From: Candidatus Zhuqueibacterota bacterium
GTDB lineage: Bacteria > Zhuqueibacterota > Zhuqueibacteria > Thermofontimicrobiales > Thermofontimicrobiaceae
Direction: 5' to 3'
Length of the DNA stretch: 64,000 bases
Assembly (NCBI GenBank): GCA_049322915.1
Contig: JBMOPW010000004.1
Span: 99,343 to 163,342, forward strand
A program made the translations under genes and the position numbers. Below the pieces are notes generated by a model that had not been told where the DNA came from, searched no databases, and saw only the letters and a program-made list of their open reading frames with translations. Shown here one piece after another: positions 63,159 to 64,000 of this stretch (the stretch's first letter is position 1; every line of letters begins with the position of its first letter).

Positions 63159-64000
63159 CGCGGCCCTGTGATGCAGGCGCTTTAAGAACTGCACGATCCC
63201 CCGGAACCGGAAATCCCCTTCTTCACCGCTTTTCGACCACCGCTGTCATAAGTGTACATCCGATTTGTCACGCACCCGACGAGTTCGCTATTTCGTTATG
63301 TTCATTATTGAACGATGCGCCGGGCGATTCAGATTGGCGAGAAAAAAAGAGCGGCTGCATGCTCTTTCAGGGTGATTTATTTTGCTATTTCGTTAAAAAA
63401 GACTTGATTTATTTACATAAAAGTATATATTCAACATAGACCTCACGCAACTCAATTCTCTGGCTATCATGTCTTCAATAAATTGCTCGATTCTTCATTT
63501 CGACTTTTGGATGAGGGTGTAATTTAAAATTCCAGATATTGTAGTTACATTTTCAATCGAATCTTTCAATACATGAATGTGCATCGTGGTGCGAATTCTC
63601 CGGAAAGTAACGCAACCATTTTGACTTGACGGGAATCTCTTCAGATGTCAGATTTTACCTGTTTAGAAAAGCAACATACGGTGTTAGAATTTTAGTAGAT
63701 ATCGGCTCCATAATAAAAACTATCTTTCTGTATAACATTCTTTTTTGGGCGTGATGCGGTCAGTCTAATATCCTGAGACATAGAAAATCATTTCACAAAA
63801 GGCACTGTTTCTATTGTTGTTCTGTGCCGCCGTATTTACCTGTTCCGGGATGTTATGCAGAAACTGTATAATTACTTGTTGCACATAGTAGCAAGCTACA
63901 AGTCTATAAATTAAAATAAGATATAATGAGTTATTCAATTTACTATATGATAGTATAGCCATTATGTCGTCATGTCGAGCACATTCATCTAAAACAGTCG

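Noticed and set aside
63159..64000. Short ORFs and a TTGATT-N17-TATATT promoter-like site at the window end
   Set aside because: No convincing coding signal or assignable downstream gene within the window.

Overview
Bacterial genomic DNA. The FlgD/T9SS-like 'QNYPNPFN' C-terminal domain suggests an FCB-group organism such as KSB1 or Calditrichota (inference). Positions 1-41.4 kb are backbone: exbB-exbD-tonB, an orphan PAS/GAF histidine kinase, asnB, icd, an ECF sigma/ZAS anti-sigma operon with three exported HEAT-repeat proteins, a chorismate mutase-aroF operon preceded by an aromatic-rich leader peptide and attenuator, a pullulanase, a FabK-like gene, an Ehr (Ni-less hydrogenase-4-like) complex with a PTS-IIA regulator, two exported peptidases and recQ. 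Positions ~41.4-62.6 kb form a largely AT-rich accessory segment bracketed by a 530-bp direct repeat of the recQ 3' end. This segment holds the most interesting candidate system, on the minus strand: a periplasmic beta-propeller/YYY receptor whose cytoplasmic output is a STAND-like ATPase instead of a histidine kinase, a second STAND-like ATPase fused to a CHAT (caspase-like) protease, an ECF sigma factor and a small putative anti-sigma. A conserved ECF-type promoter motif (TTG[C/A]AAAA-N15-CGTCTT) occurs upstream of the sigma gene and of two blocks within a co-oriented array of ~15 small envelope, Zn-finger and TPR genes. All calls come from reading motifs by eye; no database searches were run.
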